Assembly (NCBI GenBank): GCA_041649575.1 | Contig: JBAZMW010000002.1 | Coordinates: 180,001-212,000, forward strand | Direction of reading: 5' to 3' | DNA: 32,000 nucleotides | Origin: Patescibacteria group bacterium | GTDB taxonomy: Bacteria; Patescibacteriota; Patescibacteriia; 2-01-FULL-39-33 | Shown: one piece after another, positions 28,507-32,000 of the stretch | Numbering within the stretch: position 1 is the first letter of the stretch | How the letters are laid out: each line of letters begins with the position of its first letter | The notes under the pieces: generated by a model | Seen by the model: only the letters and a program-made list of their open reading frames with translations | Told to the model about the DNA's origin: nothing | The model's database searches: none | Translations under genes and position numbers: made by a program

Positions 28507-29373
28507 TTATTTTCTTTTAAGACCTAGGATGCCATGAGGCATGAAAAGCAAAAAAATAAATAAGATTACAAAAGCGATGGCGTCCTTGTAGCCCGAAGGT
28601 AAATACCAGATGCCAAAATTTTCAGCCAAGCCCAACAAAAAAGAGCCCAAAACGGCTCCAGGTACGCTGCCGATACCGCCGATAATGGCGGCGGTAAAAC
28701 CCTTGATCACCAGATTGGTACCCATGGTCGGCTCCAGATTTTGCTCCAGCCCGATCAGTATGCCGCCAATGCCGGCAATGGCCGAGCCGATAATAAAACT
28801 CCAAGAATAAATTTTTTCAGCCGGTATGCCCACCACTTCGGCTACTTCTTTGTTGTCTGAGACGGCTCTCATAGCCTTGCCTAGGCGGGTGGTTTTCATC
28901 AGTAGGAATAATAGGACAAATAAGACCAGGGCGACGGCGATAATAACTATTTGCAAGGGAGTGATGACGGCGCCAAAAAATTGCCAGCCTTCGGCTATCT
29001 CAATGAAGTCAATGGTTTTGACGTCAGCGCCGAAGAACATCAAGATCAGCGATTCCAATAGAATCAAAACAGCAAAGCCGGTGACCAGCAGGATCACCGG
29101 ACTGGTTTTTCTATTTCTAAGCGGCTTATAGACTATTAGATTAATCAACCAGCCCAAAAAGGCGGCGAAGGCCACGGCCAAAATAATCGCCAGCCAGAAA
29201 TTAACGCCAAGATTAGAAAATAGCAGATAGGCAATATAGACAGAAAAAGTGACAACAGCGCCGTGGGCAAAATGAATGAATTTGCAGGTGGAATAAATCA
29301 GTGAAAAGCCGGAAGCGACCAGCGCGTAGATGGCGCCGGCAATTAAGCCGTTAATTAACAATTGTAAAAACAT
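28507..29373 (-). CDS. livH: Branched-chain amino acid ABC transporter permease, LivH type
   Basis: 288-aa polytopic permease with LINGLIAGAIYALVASGFSLIY, typical of LivH. Confidence 0.85.
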   Translation of the reverse strand: MFLQLLINGLIAGAIYALVASGFSLIYSTCKFIHFAHGAVVTFSVYIAYLLFSNLGVNFWLAIILAVAFAAFLGWLINLIVYKPLRNRKTSPVILLVTGFAVLILLESLILMFFGADVKTIDFIEIAEGWQFFGAVITPLQIVIIAVALVLFVLLFLLMKTTRLGKAMRAVSDNKEVAEVVGIPAEKIYSWSFIIGSAIAGIGGILIGLEQNLEPTMGTNLVIKGFTAAIIGGIGSVPGAVLGSFLLGLAENFGIWYLPSGYKDAIAFVILFIFLLFMPHGILGLKRK

Positions 29374-29427
29374 TTACGACTAGTTGTTTATTAATTCAAT
29401 CTTCTTATTTATACCATAATTTGGCTT

Positions 29428-29461
29428 TTAAAACAACAAAATCGGCGCATTTAAGCCGATT
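29428..29461 (-). terminator. Intrinsic terminator after the 471-aa radical SAM gene
   Basis: AATCGGC (29440-29446) / GCCGATT (29455-29461). On the minus strand it is followed by TTGTTGTTTT. Confidence 0.7.
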
Positions 29462-29487
29462 TTGATAATTACGCTTGATGATTTTAA

Positions 29488-30903
29488 CTAATCTTTTTTG
29501 GCCAGAACCTCTTCCCAATAGGGATCGGTGATTGATTTTAATTCCGCGTCAAATTCATAGATTTCTTCATGATATTTTTCGTCGTTAAGAGCGGCGGCCG
29601 CAGCCTCGTCTTCGGGCAAAACATGGCAGGCTCGGGCAATATCCATAAACTCCCGATGATGGTCTCTGATCAGGCAGGGCCGCAATAAATTTGCGCCCGG
29701 CTTGTCTTTTTTAAGATATTTTTCTTGCCAGTCGCGTCCTTTGACGAAGAAGTCAGAAAACAGCGCATCAGCGATCTTTTTGCCCTCGCCATAAACCTTT
29801 CTGACATTGTCTTTGTAGTAGGGAATGAAAACGCAAGGCATGATATTAGCATTCCAGTCGATATAAAAATAACTTTTACCGCAAGAAATACAACCCTCGC
29901 TCATCTCCGCGCTATTCCAGAAATCGGCCACAAACCAATTTTTTTCTCTGATGAGCTGGCGCCATTTTTTATACAATTCAAATCGGGCACCAGGACTAAG
30001 CATTAACTTGGTGTTAAATTCACGACCAATGGGCATATATTGGAACATCCACATGTAACTGGCTCCCTGCTGGTCAAAATAATAGGTATAAAAATCGTCA
30101 TTTAAAAGCAATTTGGCGTTTTTGCTGGTAGCCGTAACCGAAACCCCAAAAGGCGCCTGGGCCTGACGTAAATTTGCCAAAGACTTAAGAACGACCTGGT
30201 GAATTCCCGCTCCCCGGCGTTCGTCTGTTTCCTTTTCTAGCCCCTCAACGGAAACCGCTGGCGTAATATTGCCTAATTCTGCCATCTGTTTGGCAACGTC
30301 TTCGGTAATCAGCGTGCCATTAGTGTACATCAAGAAAAAGCTGTCCGGCCAAGCTTTAGGCAAATCCAAAATATTTTTACCCTCGCTCTGATACATCAGC
30401 GGCTCGCCGCCGGAAATGACAAAAAATCTCATGCCCATCTCGTCATGGAACTCATGCATCATTTTGTCAATCAGGCTCCATTCCAAGGTTTCGCTGTTGT
30501 CGGCGCCGGAAGAGGCATAACAGCCAATGCATTTCAAATTGCATTTCTTGGTCGGACTGATTACCACCAACGGCGGTGGCGTGGTGCCGTATTTTTCTTT
30601 GTAAACTTTAACGATTTTTAATCTTTCATCGTTATCGATCATTGCTCCTTTGACCAGGGTTTCGACGGCGCGAGTGGCAAATCGTTTGGAAATAACTCCG
30701 CGATTAATGTTTTTCACGGCAGTCACCAGTAATGATTTAACGCCGTAATAACGATCCAACCGCACTTCCCTAGAAAATTTCTTCTCATCGGTGACCATGG
30801 CTTTGTAAAGCTGCTTGTCGATTTGTTTGGTGACAAGATACCGGGTTAACCGGTTGCTCATCGCCAATTGGCCCAGCTTGATGATCAGATCCTCTTTTTT
30901 CAT
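29488..30903 (-). CDS. Radical SAM enzyme (471 aa) with a long N-terminal extension and extra C-terminal cysteines (twitch/SPASM-like); subfamily not recognised
   Basis: CxxxCxxC in KKCNLKCIGCYASSG, GGEPL motif in VISGGEPLMY, and a downstream Cys group CISCGKSYFYIDWNANIMPCVF...RPC. Confidence 0.75.
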   Translation of the reverse strand: MKKEDLIIKLGQLAMSNRLTRYLVTKQIDKQLYKAMVTDEKKFSREVRLDRYYGVKSLLVTAVKNINRGVISKRFATRAVETLVKGAMIDNDERLKIVKVYKEKYGTTPPPLVVISPTKKCNLKCIGCYASSGADNSETLEWSLIDKMMHEFHDEMGMRFFVISGGEPLMYQSEGKNILDLPKAWPDSFFLMYTNGTLITEDVAKQMAELGNITPAVSVEGLEKETDERRGAGIHQVVLKSLANLRQAQAPFGVSVTATSKNAKLLLNDDFYTYYFDQQGASYMWMFQYMPIGREFNTKLMLSPGARFELYKKWRQLIREKNWFVADFWNSAEMSEGCISCGKSYFYIDWNANIMPCVFIPYYKDNVRKVYGEGKKIADALFSDFFVKGRDWQEKYLKKDKPGANLLRPCLIRDHHREFMDIARACHVLPEDEAAAAALNDEKYHEEIYEFDAELKSITDPYWEEVLAKKD

Positions 30904-31030
30904 AGGTTTTACTCTTTTATAATGGCGGCGGCCAAGCTGATATTACTCGACTTAAGCTGCCGTTTTTATTTATTAGGTTATCTCTTATTATATTACAAAT
31001 TATTTTATAAATAAACAGCCTGAAAGTCAA

Positions 31031-31073
31031 ATTAAAAAACAAAAGAATAGCTGGTAAACTGCCATTCTTTTGT
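31031..31073 (-). terminator. Intrinsic terminator downstream of tRNA-Gln
   Basis: 10-bp A/T-rich stem ACAAAAGAAT (31039-31048) / ATTCTTTTGT (31064-31073). On the minus strand it is followed by TTTTTAATT. Confidence 0.6.
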
Positions 31074-31105
31074 TTCTGATTAAATTATGGCTTTTCCGCC
31101 CAAAA

Positions 31106-31176
31106 CTGGGAGACTAGGAATCGAACCTAGATTAAAGGCTTCAAAGGCCTCTGTCCTACCATTAGACGATCTCCCA
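31106..31176 (-). tRNA. tRNA-Gln (anticodon UUG)
   Basis: Hand-folded cloverleaf on the minus strand: acceptor TGGGAGA/TCTCCCA (U1-A72 as in bacterial tRNA-Gln), anticodon stem GAGGC/GCCTT with loop CT-TTG-AA, T arm CTAGG-TTCGATT-CCTAG, discriminator G. CCA is not encoded. Confidence 0.9.
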
Positions 31177-31241
31177 ATTCTGGGCGGAATTAGCGACGGC
31201 CACCGCCTTTGATTTATAAACCAACCCGAAGGCTTTGGTAA

Positions 31242-31361
31242 TTAATGGCCGTGCTTATACTTCCCTACTCTTTCGTTTTTCACCACCCGCTTCATCTTTT
31301 TGGTTTTCCACTTCAATTTGGGAACCTTGACTCTCGGGTCGCGTTTTTTCTTTTTTGGCAT
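31242..31361 (-). CDS. Unannotated 39-aa highly basic mini-protein MPKKKKRDPRVKVPKLKWKTKKMKRVVKNERVGKYKHGH (possibly ribosome- or nucleic-acid-associated)
   Basis: Hand translation from ATG 31361 to TAA 31244-31242. A strong promoter lies upstream and tRNA-Gln downstream on the same strand. No family recognised. Confidence 0.4.
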   Translation of the reverse strand: MPKKKKRDPRVKVPKLKWKTKKMKRVVKNERVGKYKHGH

Positions 31362-31404
31362 AAAATTTAAATTTAAAAATCCTCTCTTTTTGAGACGAAA
31401 ATAT

Positions 31405-31433
31405 ATTATAACAAATATTTTTTATTTAAGCAA
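31405..31433 (-). promoter_or_regulatory. Promoter TTGCTT-N17-TATAAT (with TGT extended -10) for the mini-protein/tRNA-Gln unit
   Basis: The minus strand reads TTGCTT (31433-31428), a 17-nt spacer, then TATAAT (31410-31405). Confidence 0.6.
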
Positions 31434-31437
31434 ATCC

Positions 31438-32000
31438 TTAAGATCTTAGATATCTGCCCAAAGCCAGCGAACTGCTGATGATGTTTAAAATCGTGATGCC
31501 CACCAGTTGCAGACCGAAAATTATCAAGAAATGTTCATTGAAATATTTCGTCACATCAAAATCAACGCCTTCAAAAAAACTGGCCAAATGCGGCTGCAGG
31601 AGCGCCAGAAAAGAATAAGTGACTATTATCGCCAGCAGACAAGCCAGGATGCCTGAAAAAATGTTTTCTAGGATAAACGGCGATCGCACAAACCAATTAC
31701 TGGCTCCAACCAGTTTCATAATGCCGACTTCGTTACGATGGGTAAAGATAGCGATGCGCACCGTATTAAAGACGATTAACGCGGCAATAATCACAAAAAT
31801 AATACTGATAACCAGTCCGCCCCGCCTGATATTATTGGCAATGGTATTAATTCGATTGATCACCAATTGATGGTCGTTGTAGTTTTTTTCCTCGACTAGT
31901 TCGCTGTAAGCGGGATTATCAATGGCTTTCAAAACCTCCGGATAGCTTTCCAGGTCTTTGGCTTTTATGATCAGTGTCGCCCCTAGTGGATTGCCGGCCA
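31438..32000 (-). CDS. ftsX: Cell division ABC transporter permease FtsX (5' end beyond the window)
   Basis: The frame stays open to the window edge. C-terminal FtsX domain with EVGIMKLVGASNWFVRSPFILE and three TM helices. Confidence 0.85.
   Translation of the reverse strand, partial: AGNPLGATLIIKAKDLESYPEVLKAIDNPAYSELVEEKNYNDHQLVINRINTIANNIRRGGLVISIIFVIIAALIVFNTVRIAIFTHRNEVGIMKLVGASNWFVRSPFILENIFSGILACLLAIIVTYSFLALLQPHLASFFEGVDFDVTKYFNEHFLIIFGLQLVGITILNIISSSLALGRYLRS

Noticed and set aside
1-32000. CRISPR arrays, rRNA genes, transposases, integrases flanked by att-like repeats, or prophage modules
   Set aside because: No regularly spaced direct repeats, rRNA-like conserved stretches or transposase or phage structural ORFs were seen. 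The XerC/D-family gene looks like a chromosomal dimer-resolution recombinase, and no flanking repeats were identified.

Overview
About 32 kb of a moderately AT-rich bacterial chromosome. Gene content and style (short AT-rich spacers, few Shine-Dalgarno sites, many membrane-anchored hypotheticals) suggest a reduced-genome, CPR/Patescibacteria-like organism; that placement is inference only. Recognisable genes are serS (partial), an ftsQ-like gene, a XerC/D-family recombinase, an M23/EnvC-like peptidase, gltX, a WecG/TagA-family glycosyltransferase, an AmmeMemoRadiSam-type radical SAM enzyme with a LigB/Memo-superfamily partner, def, and fmt. There is also a Wzx/Wzy-type polysaccharide cluster (polymerase-like protein, three GT2 genes, flippase). 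A LIV-type ABC importer follows, with four interleaved binding-protein paralogs and a divergent TrmB-family regulator. The window ends with an orphan 471-aa radical SAM enzyme, tRNA-Gln(UUG) and ftsX (partial). The unusual part is a recurrent class of GC-rich, self-contained transcription units, each with a sigma70-like promoter, a strong SD, an ORF or structured RNA, and its own terminator. They sit between housekeeping genes at serS|ftsQ, M23|gltX and def|fmt. A 1.8-kb tandem array of four such units (8484-10262) lies upstream of the radical SAM gene. I recognise none of their products or RNAs. Other points are two in-frame GC-rich palindromic (MITE-like) insertions inside the WecG/TagA gene and two short ORFs absent from the supplied track (42-aa Cys-rich, 39-aa basic). 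No CRISPR array, rRNA, transposase or integrase-flanked element was seen. No database search or folding program was run; all calls come from reading the sequence.
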